A stretch of 63,605 nt of DNA, counting the filler, from Octopus bimaculoides (lineage: Eukaryota): NCBI RefSeq assembly GCF_001194135.2. It is 7 parts of 7 records of this genome, joined end to end, with 100 filler letters (N's around TTAATTAATTAA, not from the genome) between each part and the next. Parts side by side here need not be neighbours in the genome. Positions count along the whole stretch, not along the records: positions 5,801 to 27,095 come from NC_068983.1; 6 more parts are not named here. The stretch is one strand, 5' to 3'. Under the pieces are notes generated by a model. The model had not been told where the DNA came from and made no database searches. It was given only the letters and a program-made list of their open reading frames with translations. Positions 11,558-26,458 of this stretch are shown here, piece after piece; within the stretch, counting starts at the first letter, position 1; every line of letters starts with the position of its first letter. A program made the translations under genes and the position numbers.

Positions 11558-14392
11558 NNNNNNNNNNNNNNNNNNNNNNNNNNNNNNNNNNNNNNNNNNN
11601 NNNNNNNNNNNNNNNNNNNNNNNNNNNNNNNNNNNNNNNNNNNNNNNNNNNNNNNNNNNNNNNNNNNNNNNNNNNNNNNNNNNNNNNNNNNNNNNNNNNN
11701 NNNNNNNNNNNNNNNNNNNNNNNNNNNNNNNNNNNNNNNNNNNNNNNNNNNNNNNNNNNNNNNNNNNNNNNNNNNNNNNNNNNNNNNNNNNNNNNNNNNN
11801 NNNNNNNNNNNNNNNNNNNNNNNNNNNNNNNNNNNNNNNNNNNNNNNNNNNNNNNNNNNNNNNNNNNNNNNNNNNNNNNNNNNNNNNNNNNNNNNNNNNN
11901 NNNNNNNNNNNNNNNNNNNNNNNNNNNNNNNNNNNNNNNNNNNNNNNNNNNNNNNNNNNNNNNNNNNNNNNNNNNNNNNNNNNNNNNNNNNNNNNNNNNN
12001 NNNNNNNNNNNNNNNNNNNNNNNNNNNNNNNNNNNNNNNNNNNNNNNNNNNNNNNNNNNNNNNNNNNNNNNNNNNNNNNNNNNNNNNNNNNNNNNNNNNN
12101 NNNNNNNNNNNNNNNNNNNNNNNNNNNNNNNNNNNNNNNNNNNNNNNNNNNNNNNNNNNNNNNNNNNNNNNNNNNNNNNNNNNNNNNNNNNNNNNNNNNN
12201 NNNNNNNNNNNNNNNNNNNNNNNNNNNNNNNNNNNNNNNNNNNNNNNNNNNNNNNNNNNNNNNNNNNNNNNNNNNNNNNNNNNNNNNNNNNNNNNNNNNN
12301 NNNNNNNNNNNNNNNNNNNNNNNNNNNNNNNNNNNNNNNNNNNNNNNNNNNNNNNNNNNNNNNNNNNNNNNNNNNNNNNNNNNNNNNNNNNNNNNNNNNN
12401 NNNNNNNNNNNNNNNNNNNNNNNNNNNNNNNNNNNNNNNNNNNNNNNNNNNNNNNNNNNNNNNNNNNNNNNNNNNNNNNNNNNNATATATAAGTATATTA
12501 ATAATTATGCGTGTACATATATAAACTCTCTCATCTCCCTACATCTTCTCTTTCTGTCTGACGCTTTTACGAGTGGTGTGTGTGTATGTGTGTATGTGTG
12601 CGTGCGTACGCGCGCGAGTGTTGCGCTTTCCACCTAGCCGAGTAAGTGCAGTCAACCTGCACCTATCACTTCAATTCTCGCTGTTTCACTCACTGATTCT
12701 CCTTTCCCTCTCTCTGTATTATATAAAACGTCATTGAAGGAATCAACATATATATCGGCTATTATTATATTACTATTTAGAATATATAAATATTATGAAT
12801 ATATATATGCGTATCTTTCAATGTATACACTTGGTTAAGTATGTATATACAAGCTTATTTTTTTTATAAATAGGATCTGAAATACTTTGATGAAGTATTT
12901 GCGCTTGAGTGGTTAATTTGTAAAGTTGAATACATTAAAACTTAATATAGTCATTCTCTCAAAATTTTAATATGTTAGTTTGATGAAGGTATGTGCATCT
13001 TTTATAGATATATCGGATAATGTGTATATGTGTTTATATATATANNNNNNNNNNNNNNNNNNNNNNNNNNNNNNNNNNNNNNNNNNNNNNNNNNNNNNNN
13101 NNNNNNNNNNNNNNNNNNNNNNNNNNNNNNNNNNNNNNNNNNNNNNNNNNNNNNNNNNNNNNNNNNNNNNNNNNNNNNNNNNNNNNNNNNNNNNNNNNNN
13201 NNNNNNNNNNNNNNNNNNNNNNNNNNNNNNNNNNNNNNNNNNNNNNNNNNNNNNNNNNNNNNNNNNNNNNNNNNNNNNNNNNNNNNNNNNNNNNNNNNNN
13301 NNNNNNNNNNNNNNNNNNNNNNNNNNNNNNNNNNNNNNNNNNNNNNNNNNNNNNNNNNNNNNNNNNNNNNNNNNNNNNNNNNNNNNNNNNNNNNNNNNNN
13401 NNNNNNNNNNNNNNNNNNNNNNNNNNNNNNNNNNNNNNNNNNNNNNNNNNNNNNNNNNNNNNNNNNNNNNNNNNNNNNNNNNNNNNNNNNNNNNNNNNNN
13501 NNNNNNNNNNNNNNNNNNNNNNNNNNNNNNNNNNNNNNNNNNNNNNNNNNNNNNNNNNNNNNNNNNNNNNNNNNNNNNNNNNNNNNNNNNNNNNNNNNNN
13601 NNNNNNNNNNNNNNNNNNNNNNNNNNNNNNNNNNNNNNNNNNNNNNNNNNNNNNNNNNNNNNNNNNNNNNNNNNNNNNNNNNNNNNNNNNNNNNNNTATA
13701 TATATATAGGTGGCCGCCTACACTTTTTTCTGCAAAATAGGGGTAGTTTATCCTGTTCAGGCTATATTATTTGCATTATCCTGCGTTTGAAAATTTAAAA
13801 TCACTTCTTTAACTTTCTAAGACATCTCAACGCTTCTAAAAGCAAACTTCGTTTGTTTGTTTGTTTACGTTTATCGTAATTTGAATTTAATATATATATA
13901 TTATTTTGCAGGATTGTTACAACCATTGTCTTTTGAAAGAATGGACTTTTACAACATTTTTCTGCTAAGTATCCTTTGCCCTTTCAGGTTTATACCCGAT
14001 TACTTATCGCATTGTTTTATGTTCTGTTTAACTTCTCATAAAAGTGGACTTCACCTCAACTTGGGAAAATAACATTTCGGAGAAGTTCTCGAATCTTGTT
14101 TTCAATTTGCAAAAATCTCAAGTTTAAATCTATGAGAGCCATTACTGTTCAATTCATTTCAGTTGACATTGAACCTACACTCTATCTTAAGAATTTGACA
14201 TGAATCGACACCCTGTCCACAACTGTAAAATCTAAAGCAAGCTTTAACCTCAATACTAACATCAAATTACACAATCCCCTAAACCACGATCGAGATTCTT
14301 ACTCAGCTTGCACTAAAGCACACTTCTCCCTTAACCGGTGTCGGAATATTCCAAGGTTTTGTCAATGATATTCTGTAACTTGTATTTTGCAG

Positions 14393-14465
14393 AGTAAATC
14401 TAACGCCAGACAAAGAAGGGACACTTTTTGTTATAATCTATGTAGCTATTCCAAATATAACTACG
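14393..14465 (+). other. Candidate 73-nt exon
   Basis: Acceptor ttgtattttgcAG, donor G|GTAAGT. Open frames SKSNARQRRDTFCYNLCSYSKYNY or VNLTPDKEGTLFVIIYVAIPNITT. Confidence 0.3.
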
Positions 14466-14577
14466 GTAAGTTAAAATCATGTTTCTCTTATTAACGGGAA
14501 GTACACGCGCAAATGCAGATTCACGTACCTTAAAATGCAGTCTACTATCAAATTATGGCTTGAAAAACCTCTTTCAG

Positions 14578-14615
14578 TAGTAATTGCATGCGATTCATAT
14601 AACACACAACATAGC
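14578..14615 (+). other. Candidate 38-nt exon
   Basis: Acceptor aacctctttcAG, donor GTAAGT. Phase-compatible with the first frame of 14393-14465 (…YNYVVIACDSYNTQHS). Confidence 0.2.
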
Positions 14616-16142
14616 GTAAGTGCAATGTCTCTGTGTACACAACTCATTCGGCACCATATGAAGGATTTCAAAAGTACGAACAAGTTTAGTGCGAACTAGG
14701 GAAGTGTTGTTTTACGTAACATTTCAATGTTCTTAATGATAAAGAACGGAATATTGGAAATGTTAATCCTCTCAGACAAGCGTTTTCATAATTTAGTAAC
14801 CATATCAGTTGACCAGTTGGAATTATCTTTATACGTGTACACAACTTCGTCTCTAACAGAATATCAAAATAAAAGTACTAAAATGGATACACTTATAAAA
14901 CAGAGTCATATGCCTTACTGAAAGATATCAATCGTGTGATATACGAAACTAATATGCATCTGTGTTGATCTAGTTTTGTCAAATGATCACATTATATAGC
15001 TTTTCAAAATTGGGATAACCAATCTATGATTAATCCATAAATTGGAGCTCTGCCCTGTAATTGCATTTCCAGTCCTCAAATTTTATGGTTCCAAATTTTA
15101 TGGTTCCAGTATTAGTTTTAAGTAATGAACTAATACTACATATAACGACACCAAGTGTAAAGGGTGCATTGCCATGTTCACATACAACGTTGAAGTTCAT
15201 ATACAACGTTGCTGGTGAATGAACTACAGCTCTCCAGTTTTCAGTATTTCTTTTATTAACATTAACTTTTATTAATAATTTACTTTCGAGATAGAAGTAA
15301 CGAATAGTTTGGTTATGCGATCATGAAAAACAGGCTGGGAATAATATGTGGTGATTGACTAAGAAAGCATCTAAAACCAGACTACCGATTAGTTAGCAGA
15401 GAAACTAAGAACTAAATTACTGGAATTAAATATGAAGTAGATTACGTAATGTAGACAAAATATTACATAGAAACCAGGTAATGATCTATTAAGCGCAAAC
15501 TTGTAGTTTAAGTAAACATTAAGACAGCAATATGAACACTGTAGTGTGATAAACTTAGCACTATTTTATGGTTTATTTCTAATGCATTTTTATGTATATA
15601 ATTTAAGATTTATTTTGGAAGGGGTATATCCTCACGACAGATTCATGGAGTTGTCAAATCATGGGAACATGGAATCACATAAGATGCATTCATACTAATT
15701 TAATGTGAGATTATGCTTCACAACCTGGAATGTTTGTTCAATAAACAAGTTATTTCCCATTTACAACATATAATTTATACTTAAGGTGACTAGATTTATA
15801 ATATTTCATAAATTTTCATTATCTAATGAATGTATTTGATTTCAGTGATATCTAATATAGAATTTCGCTACCGTTGTTGCCGTTGATGGTGTTATGCTTA
15901 TTGGTCATGTTTACATTATGGGTACGAATATTATTGTAGCTATTGATATTGTATGAATAAGAGTAAATTTGTGATGTTTATCTGTGAATAATCTAATATG
16001 ATTATCGATCAGTCTCTAATAATTGGTTAATAGAGTTTGCAGTTTTTCACTTTAAGCAGACATGCAGTCACTCACGCAGCCTGTGAGTAAGAGTATGTGC
16101 CTGTGCGTGTACGTGTGTGTTTATTGTGAGCGTTCGTGCGTT

Positions 16143-16224
<82 letters not shown>

Positions 16225-19134
16225 TTTGTGTTCGTATGTGTGTATTTGTGTGTGTGCAAAAAGAGAAAGATAGGGTGAATGAAATACAAGGTAGAAAGAA
16301 GATGCTTATGAAAACTGAAGTATATATGAAAACTGGAAAAAGGAAGCATAATTGTTAACGTACGATTCAATTGCGGACATCAGTTTTATTAAAACTATCC
16401 TTCACATTGATCTGTACCAACTCAAAATAGTTAAAATTGAACGCGTTAAGTCCTTTTATATGTTCTTCATAAACAGACGCATAACTTTGAGTTAGACTGC
16501 ATATGGGAATGAGTTAAGATAATGTGAAATTAATGGAATAGTATATATGTAAATTTAACGTTACATGAAAACTGTGGAAAGTTTTTAACTCAATTTGAAG
16601 AGCTTTGTTTCTGGTGCTCATCGAACAAGCATATTAATATCATATAAATATTCTAAATGGAATTTGACAAATATGTATAGATTTTGTGTTTCGGTAATAA
16701 ATCTAGTATGAGTAATAATACGTATCTCTGTGTGATAATCTACCAGGCTTTTATCAGTTTTTCTCTATATATAGTTAGAAAGTAAATTCCATCTCTAATT
16801 TATGCACGCACGTACACACACACACGCACGCACACCCACACACATATGCACGCCCAAACACAAACATATGTGTGGTTTGTATGCATGCCTACGTTTGTGA
16901 GTGAGAAAATGCGTTCATGCCTGTGAGATACGACACATATCTGTAATACAACTTTACGGAAATGTAAATTTAACTGAAATAATTCTGAAGTTGGAATGAA
17001 TATTGAAGATTTCGTTAATCAATAACTAAGAATGAAATATTGAAACAAAACCAAATTAGTACAAAATAACTAATTCCTTGCATGTTGTTGTAGTGAATTG
17101 AATGTAACAATTATTTGATCGCACGAATTTATGTAATTTTAATATGCTGTTTTATGTTGATGCATCCTACATTTCCTCTTCTTATAGTATGTTCTTATCT
17201 TACATATACTCTTCTTATCGCCTTTCATTTGTTCTATACTAATACGGGGATTACATAGTAGTTGTGAAACGTCTAGTAAAATTACAAATCGTTTATGTGT
17301 GCGTATTAACTTCGTTAATTCAATTTTTTTTTGTTTTTTTGTAGATATGAAGATATATTTTCCTTCATCATTCAGATATTTTGTTCGTTTAAACGAACCT
17401 GTCACATGATTGCAGATATTTAAAACGAAGACGTCAGAATAATAAGAACGCTGTACGGGGGGCTTATTTGCGTAAATATTCATCTTTTTCTAGCAGATTT
17501 CAAACTACGTTAAGATCAACTTTCCATTTCATATTTTTGAGATCTATAAAATGAGTACCAGTAAAGTAGAGGGATCGATTACTTTGCCCATACACGCCAA
17601 TCGTATTCTAGTATTGTGTCAATATTAGAGTCTAAAATAATGAAAACTAATATGATGTATAAAATTACAATATATATTTACTATAGAGGTGTCTTATTAG
17701 CAAGACCAAACATGAGCCATCAAACTTTTAAGTTTTGATGAAATTACTGCAAATGATTGAAATTCTACAACTGTAATATTAATCGATATTCAAACGTTAC
17801 TCAAAATTAGTCAAAAGAAAGCACAACAGTAAACGACAAAGATAAACAAACTGTTTTCATCAGAATTATGATTGTCTGATTATGAACTCTCCTATTGCTT
17901 ATCAAACGCATGCTCAAATATAAACGGCTTCAGAAAGACGATTGTTGAATATATAGGACTTAAAAACTGTCAGTCATTTTTTAACACGCTTTCCAAATTA
18001 TTTAAAATGTCAATTGGAATGCAATTCCAGCTTGAATAAGATAGGGAGAAAGCCAGCTACTATTGTGCTGAAGCTATTAAAGAATATAATATCACCAAAT
18101 ATCAAAAGAACAGAAGTGATATCACATGTTAAGCAATCAAACCCATCACAAAATTCTCTAGAACAATACACATCAGGCACAGTGGATAGCAAAACAATAA
18201 AAATATGCTAAATTTCAGCGCTATTGATTTGGACATTTAGATATCATATGTACGTATTTTACACACTAAATATTAAGAAAAACAATGTAAAAATATGACT
18301 ACAATTATGTGATGATAAATATATACCTCTAAAACATGAACCCAATGAATTCAGGGAAAAATACACCTTGTAAAAGAATAAAACAACAAACCACCATTAA
18401 TCATATGTTTTGTTTCAATTTGCAACTTGCATATCGAACAAGAAAGGTGGAGATGCATCCAATTAAACAAATAACATTTCGCAATATATTAAATCAAGTT
18501 CTTAAGCTTTAAAAAAGAAAAGTTTTAGTGCATAATGCGTTTCCTTTAAAACTTTTTCCTTTCCTATCATGAGAGATCTCTTTAACGGACATCAGTACGA
18601 AAGGCACTTATCTCTGATTCCAAAAAAGATATGGATAACAAAAATTGATATTCCAAACGAGCTTACCTTAGAACAAGCAAATATCGTTAAGATTTTTAAA
18701 AAATACTCTGTTGACTGAAAACTATTACCGAGCGCTTGCGTCAAAAATACGTTAGGAATAAGAATTAAAATAATTTTTTAAGAATATATTTAATCTTCTT
18801 CTTAAGTGAAAACATAAAGTAGATATTTATTGTTTTATTAAATTTATTGTTTTATTAGATATTAAACGAATGGTTTGCTTGCATGATGGATTGATTTTAC
18901 CAAAGAAATATTCAGAAGTCGACTCTGAAGTCTGCATATTTATTAGAGTAAATCGTTTTCTGTCATTGAATTCTTTGACTTCATTCATAAGAGCACTAAA
19001 TTTATACACTTTTTTAATGTACCTTATTATAATTCTGATGTTCTAGGTTGAAACGCCAGTATTGCTGCCTTAATGGATTGTTCTGTTACTTGCTTATCGC
19101 TTTTGAGATTAAATTGTGGTTGGAATATATATAT

Positions 19135-19257
<123 letters not shown>

Positions 19258-20449
19258 GTTGTATGTGTGTATGTATTAATATATATAGACGAATGAGTAA
19301 ATAAATGTGTTTGTGCTTAGTTTTTGCGTATATTGTGTGAACATACAAGGAAAGTAATTGCTTTAACGGTTAATGCAGTAAATCGAAATTTGAATATGTA
19401 TGATTAGTAAATGTTTAAACAAATATCTAAGGCCAATTCTATTGTAATTTTATGTTATTGTGTATCATTTGGAAACCAATATTCTTTTAGTTGAGAGTGG
19501 ATATGTAAAGCGATATTGAAAGCGTTTAAACTCATCTGAGGATTCGTGATATAGATATTAAATCGCAATGCTATATAAGGAAACACAGCTTCGGTGTAGA
19601 CGGTCATTGATTTTAAATGGGTACAATATATAAGAATAAGTAAATGTATATTTATATCAAAATACTGAGTAAACATAGAAAGGTTTTCATTAATTTCAAA
19701 ATCGAAGTAACTGCATGGAGAGTGAGTGTGTAACTTACATAATTAAATTCTGTAGAAAATACATAAAAAAATCTGAACATTTGCTCATCATACATATTTA
19801 AAATTCAAATTACTGTTCCAATCGTTTGCACTACTACATCTCTTGCATATTATCATGATATGGAATTTAAAATTTTTATTTTGTTATTGCTCTTAAAATC
19901 TTTTCCAACATGTTGGTATTCTTAAAGCGCTACTTCTCCTTTAACTGCTACTTCTACTGAATAAATACACCGCTCGTTTCATATTTATATTTCACGGCTA
20001 TTACACTTAGCCAAACCTATATATATTTCAATCACCTCGCGCCACTTTCACTATTATATAACTACAATTGTGTTCATAGTTCATGACAACGTGATCAGTC
20101 AAAAGATGAAATGCACAGATGCACTTACTCACAAAAATGACATACATACATACATATATAATATTTGCGTATGTACAAGCATGTATTTTTTTTCATGTTG
20201 CCGCAACCGAGATGCGTCTTACAATGCTACATCAAGAATCTTTATTCCCCATTAGTCTCGATTAAGATTTTCATTTCTTGTTATATGTCTGTGCCATTAC
20301 CATCAATATAGTTAAGTGGTCTTCTTTCTGTATTAGGGCACATGTGTCTCCAAGATAAAATATATGGTATGGTCTGTTTAGTATGAGAGCATGGTTAGTA
20401 ATGTCTACTCTGAGTTGAACGATAATAGTAGAGAAGAGTGAAATGTGTT

Positions 20450-21110
20450 ATACATCTCTTTAATATTGTATTCAAGCCATGCGAGTTTTAAGTCATCACG
20501 AGGAAACCGGTGCATGTATTATCAAGGCTGTCTTCAAGAACGTCCTTCTCCATAGTCGAGGTTTCAGCTCTATGTAGATGGACGTTCTCTACACACATCC
20601 TGAAGATCAGCATTCTTCACTTTGAAACACCTTGAACTGCTTTAAAGCTTACCATAGGCACTCCTTGCATATCATGAAGTCTTTCTTACTGTCATCAACA
20701 TAGGGCCCAAGGTTCTTGAAGTCATATTCCTCCTTGAGATGTGTGTCATCCGTAGAACAAACTGGAAGCTGGCTTTCGCTATTATTGATCGTCATATATC
20801 CAATCGTTTTTTGCATAGAGAATTTGACCGACTTTGGCTGCAGCATTCTTAAGTGCCCCATGAAATGCAGCTTTAGTTAAGGTTAGTTTTAGCATTCCTA
20901 GTGGTACTAAATTCTTATTTGAACATTGCTTTCTTAAAATGTCTCCTGGCAGTTTCTACCTTTTCAGTGGAAGTCAAAGTTAAAGACGTCTTCTTTCTCA
21001 TTTCTGGTAGCAATTCCAGTACTCTGTTGACGGTAGTGAGAGCCAGATGATGATATTTCCAAAGTTTACATGTAAAATTTTGCAGTTTTGTATGAGTAGC
21101 AACAATCTTT
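20450..21110 (-). mobile_element. Decayed RTE-clade LINE reverse transcriptase fragment
   Basis: Minus strand reads HFKKAMF (cf. DFKKAFD) and QKTIGYMTIN...EEYDFKNLGPYVDDSKKDF (cf. KTKYM...DFKYLGS). Confidence 0.6.
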
Positions 21111-21863
21111 TGCAGTCCTGTAGCCTTTCATGTACTTGCCATTCCTATTGGCGATTCTTTTGCATGTGAAGAGTGAATCTGGAAGCCTTAGTACAGCAGG
21201 CATACACACACTCATATACACACATATAAACTATACATACATCGTACATGTGCGTTTCTATAATCAATACACACCCATTGCGAAATGCAAACGGCGAATA
21301 TATATGTTAGTAATACATCTCATTATATACTTTATTGCAATACAGAAGCAAACTACTTATAATGGGATTCTATTAATTTGTTATAGGTTTCATGTATGTG
21401 TACGTATGAGCGTGTAATACATACATACACACATACATACATACATACATACATACATACATACATACATACATACAATAATTCGAACGGAAGCCTGGCC
21501 AACTCAAATTACATTGCGGGCTACTTCAATCACAGAAAGTCTTTTGAGAGCCACTAGTATACTTTATGCACTAATAGCCAAATAATCAAATTACATAATT
21601 GATTTTCATACATTTCTTTCGTTTAAAATTATAAAATAGTAGGGTATTGCTTTATTACCACTTATGAATTAAAAAAATGTCTTGAAACAAATGTTTTACA
21701 CAAACAATTTTATTTTGAAATTAAACACAATACCTCAAGAAAGTATCAAGCGGGCCGCAGGATAAAAGTCTGCACGCTACATGAGGCACGCAACCTCCAG
21801 GCTTTCCGGCCCTGTACATACATACATGTATGTGCATGCACACATATATATGCATATAGATAA

Positions 21864-21896
<33 letters not shown>

Positions 21897-24739
21897 NNNN
21901 NNNNNNNNNNNNNNNNNNNNNNNNNNNNNNNNNNNNNNNNNNNNNNNNNNNNNNNNNNNNNNNNNNNNNNNNNNNNNNNNNNNNNNNNNNNNNNNNNNNN
22001 NNNNNNNNNNNNNNNNNNNNNNNNNNNNNNNNNNNNNNNNNNNNNNNNNNNNNNNNNNNNNNNNNNNNNNNNNNNNNNNNNNNNNNNNNNNNNNNNNNNN
22101 NNNNNNNNNNNNNNNNNNNNNNNNNNNNNNNNNNNNNNNNNNNNNNNNNNNNNNNNNNNNNNNNNNNNNNNNNNNNNNNNNNNNNNNNNNNNNNNNNNNN
22201 NNNNNNNNNNNNNNNNNNNNNNNNNNNNNNNNNNNNNNNNNNNNNNNNNNNNNNNNNNNNNNNNNNNNNNNNNNNNNNNNNNNNNNNNNNNNNNNNNNNN
22301 NNNNNNNNNNNNNNNNNNNNNNNNNNNNNNNNNNNNNNNNNNNNNNNNNNNNNNNNNNNNNNNNNNNNNNNNNNNNNNNNNNNNNNNNNNNNNNNNNNNN
22401 NNNNNNNNNNNNNNNNNNNNNNNNNNNNNNNNNNNNNNNNNNNNNNNNNNNNNNNNNNNNNNNNNNNNNNNNNNNNNNNNNNNNNNNNNNNNNNNNNNNN
22501 NNNNNNNNNNNNNNNNNNNNNNNNNNNNNNNNNNNNNNNNNNNNNNNNNNNNNNNNNNNNNNNNNNNNNNNNNNNNNNNNNNNNNNNNNNNNNNNNNNNN
22601 NNNNNNNNNNNNNNNNNNNNNNNNNNNNNNNNNNNNNNNNNNNNNNNNNNNNNNNNNNNNNNNNNNNNNNNNNNNNNNNNNNNNNNNNNNNNNNNNNNNN
22701 NNNNNNNNNNNNNNNNNNNNNNNNNNNNNNNNNNNNNNNNNNNNNNNNNNNNNNNNTATATATATAGTTATTTTGAAATGTAACTCAGGTGCGTGCGAAG
22801 ATTAGCATAAGGCCTCTGAATAATCTAATAATTTAGTTTACCAATGTTGGTCTTAACGGAATCTCATAAACATGACGTCACGTGTCTTATTGATTAGATG
22901 TCCCCTGTGTGCACGTATATGCAGGTGCACATATGGACGCACATATGCAAATACACACATATATTTGTATGTATAAATATATGCATGCATCTTGCTGTGT
23001 TTTTGTGCTTGGATGCAAGTATGTGTGTATGCATGGTATGTACGTATGTATGTATGTATGTATGAATGGATGGATGGATGGATGGATGGATGGATATGTG
23101 TACACACATGTTGTGATCAGAAATGTGTACAATATAATGTTTTGAATTATATATTTGTATTCTGAAATATCGTAATATAATTGGATTCAAATCTAATATA
23201 CTTACGTGCCTAAATTAACATATGATTTCCTTGTGACACAACAAAAGTAACTTTGTTTTTTGCATGGTGTACTTGTATCATTTTCGGTGGTTATATTAAG
23301 TTAGTACTATGAAACAAATTATCGAATTAAGTATGTGATAACTAACTAGATAAAGAAAATAGGAGTGAGACATATGCAGTTAGAATATTTTATATACGTT
23401 CCTCAGTATGAATTTAAATATTGCTCATCATTATGTTACTTATATACTGTAATCTCATGAATCAAATAAATATCGATTATTGTTGTCAACATCCTCGCTT
23501 TGAAGTCTGTCTTCCCCACATACGCCTTACGCTGTCTCTTCCTTAATTACAATTTTCTTATTACTAATCACATTTCACCGTAGCATGAGTAATCTATATT
23601 ACGTAGGTATTTCCAATAAACGCAATGCCAACACTTTTCTTCCGGGTATTTTAAAATGAACCTTTTTAAAAAAAAATGTGTTATACTAAGCCTGTATAAT
23701 GTCTCTTATCTCAGTGTTTCACTTATATATATTGATTTATTATTTTAAAATTTCAATTCGAAGAATTTACTGAAAACGTTTTTACTCTCAATTTTGCGTT
23801 CAGAACTCTGTTTCAGATGGACTAACAATGTAAATAACCAACATCAGACGTTGAGAAGTAGTGATCAACAATTAAATAGTGTAACTGTTGTAATTTTTCT
23901 TCATCTATAATTGAATTTTCTGATAGGTATAATATGACTACAAACAATAAATTTATAATTCATCTCAGCCAAACAAAACATTATTTAATTTTCGAAACAA
24001 TATCACAAATGTTTATTTGTATATTCTCCATATCCACATACTTATTTTATAAAACAAAAGCTAAAATTTTTCTTTATACTTTTTCTAAGGCTAAGTGAGG
24101 TGTCAAACCACGTTAACACATGTGATTTTAACAATTCTTACTGCCTCTAGCGGTATAGTTAAGACAACGGAGTTATAATTTGCTAGCATTTTCTTTGTTT
24201 GTACTATGTGTAAGTAAACAAAATGACCTCTGCTTTTCAAATATCTTAATCACCATCGCCTTCTTCATCTTACTACTTTTTCTATTATTTCTTTCTAAAG
24301 ACGTTAACGTTTGCTCGACCGGCGAAAAGCGAGTCAGTCAGGAATCCTCTACGTGATCATACAGCTTGTTAGAAATAGTAACCAAAGACCTCTACAATTA
24401 TATCCTAGTAGTTCGAAAATATTTTAGATAACGTAGTCCTGTTACAGAAAGATGAACAATATTGACATGGGTTGTTTGTGATTGTAGATCTGTTCGATTA
24501 AGATTAACATTGCGCTAATCGGCCACGTCTTCTTTATCAAATAACACAGGATAAAGCTTCCAACATGTCAATGTTTTTGAATAAAATTTTTATCTGACAA
24601 TTTTGAAATATAAATACTAAATGCATTTAAATATTAAGTATTAAAATAAAATGTCAGTATGAAACTTTTTGGTAAAAATCCAGAAATTTCTTGGAAAGTA
24701 TTATGGAATAAAATGTTGTATTACGTAATTAAATATACT

Positions 24740-24940
24740 GGTTTCCAATTTTGCACAAGGCCAGCAATTTCAGAGGGTCAGTCAATTACAGCGGCCCCAG
24801 TTCTAGACAGGTACTCATTTTATAGACCCTTGAAAGGCAAAAATCAACCTCGGCGGAATCTGAACTCCGAATGAAAAGACAGGCACAATACCGCTAAGCA
24901 GGTTGCCCGGCGTAGTAAATTTGTTACCAGCACGCCGCCT
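24740..24940 (-). mobile_element. tRNA-derived SINE, family S2
   Basis: The reverse complement starts aggcggcgtgctgg, has B-box-like gagttcagattcc and gaggttgatttttgcctttc. Aligns with 56373-56572. Confidence 0.75.
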
Positions 24941-25354
24941 AACGCAATTTACTATATTAATTTATTTCAACTAATAATGGTTTATATTACATGTAAATAA
25001 TGGCAAATATAATCAAAAACAATCTTACCATACATATTAAAATTTCTTTTATTGACTCTAGATACAAAAATTTTATAAGTTAACATTATTTAAAGTTGAA
25101 TATGAATACTGGAAATAAGAGACAAACTATTAACCATCAATTGTGGGAGGGGGGGCAAACTGGTTGCGAAAACATATAAAAATAGATTTCTCCCATTGGT
25201 GATAGATTATATATTGGAAGGAGTGAAACTGATTTTACAAAAGCCAAATTAGGCTTTATCAGGATTTTAACTCATAATTTGAATAGAATACCCAAATCAT
25301 CTAATTAGTTCTCTGATGCTTCTGCACTTTTAGTGTGCAGTAAAATGTTGGAAC

Positions 25355-25502
25355 GAGGGCAGCAATTCTGGTATTTATATCATCGACCCCACTAAAGGCA
25401 AAGTCGACCTCGGTAGAATTTGAACTCAGAACGTAAAGACAGACGGAACGCCGCTAAGCATTTTGGCCTGCATGCTAACGATTCTACCAACTTGCCGCCT
25501 TG
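25355..25502 (-). mobile_element. SINE family S2
   Basis: aaggcggcaagttggtagaatcgttagc...gagttcaaattctaccgaggtcgactttgcc. Confidence 0.75.
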
Positions 25503-25664
25503 AGAGTGCAGCAAAATATTAAATGTTAGAAATATACGAAGATGGGCGTAACATTTGCACATTTAAATTTCGAACAATTTAAAATAATAATAGAAAATTT
25601 ATTTTATGCTTATTGTAGTTAAGGCCAACAGTAATCAAGCCTGATTTTTCTGTCCCGCCTACAG

Positions 25665-25780
25665 GCATTGTAACCCTATATTTTCACAACGGCTGATTGT
25701 CGACTATGTTAATCAGTCACTTCGTTGCTTAATGTAATACAAGTGCGAACTGATTGAACAACTTGGGGTTATCAGCTAAC
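25665..25780 (+). other. Candidate 116-nt non-coding or UTR exon
   Basis: Acceptor tttttctgtcccgcctacAG and donor GTAAGT. Stops in all three frames. Confidence 0.25.
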
Positions 25781-26244
25781 GTAAGTACATAACTTCTACT
25801 GCAGTTTTGAAAATTTCAACATTATTTATACAGCTTTGCTTTTTATCGATACAAATTGTATAACAGTAAAACTACACAACATTAACATTTCTACCAGTTT
25901 CTAATAAATCCCATCCCAAACTCCATCAACCTGTTTACTTTAATAATCTTATCTGCTGAGTTACAAGAAGCACAATTCAGCGTTTGCATAGCAGAATAAA
26001 ACGTGGAAAATGGCGGAAAATTAATTGAAATACTTTAGTCAGAAATCCGATATTTAATCCACCCTGATATTACAAAACTTGAACAAGTGATTAAAGGAAA
26101 GACGCTTATAAAAAGAAACGTTATCAGTGCTGACAAGAACAACATAAATATTGATCATATATTACAAGTAAAGGATCAAGTCTGTTAATATTAAAAGTCA
26201 GTGTTGCTTCTAGGAGTAACAGTAGAAGTATTAATGACTGAAAA

Positions 26245-26458
26245 ACGCAGCTAGTTGGCAGGATCATTAACACGCTGGATAAAACGCTTGTCGGTCTATA
26301 AACCGTCTTTACGTTCTGAGTTGTAATACTGTCGTGATCGACTTTGTTTTTCATCCTTTCGGGTCGATAAAATAAATACCAGTTCAATAATAATAGTCGA
26401 TATACTCGACTTCCCTACAACCCTAAGACTGCTGGTCCCGTGACAAAATTTGAAACCT
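26245..26458 (+). mobile_element. SINE family S2, diverged
   Basis: gttggcaggatcattaacacg...gttctgagtt...tcgactttgtttttcatcctttcgggtcgataaaataaatacc...tttgaaacc. Confidence 0.7.

Noticed and set aside
11462-13798. Long ORFs of 229-391 aa, and similar ones at 21.8, 27.5, 34, 47 and 58.3 kb
   Set aside because: They are mostly N gaps translated as X plus dinucleotide repeats.
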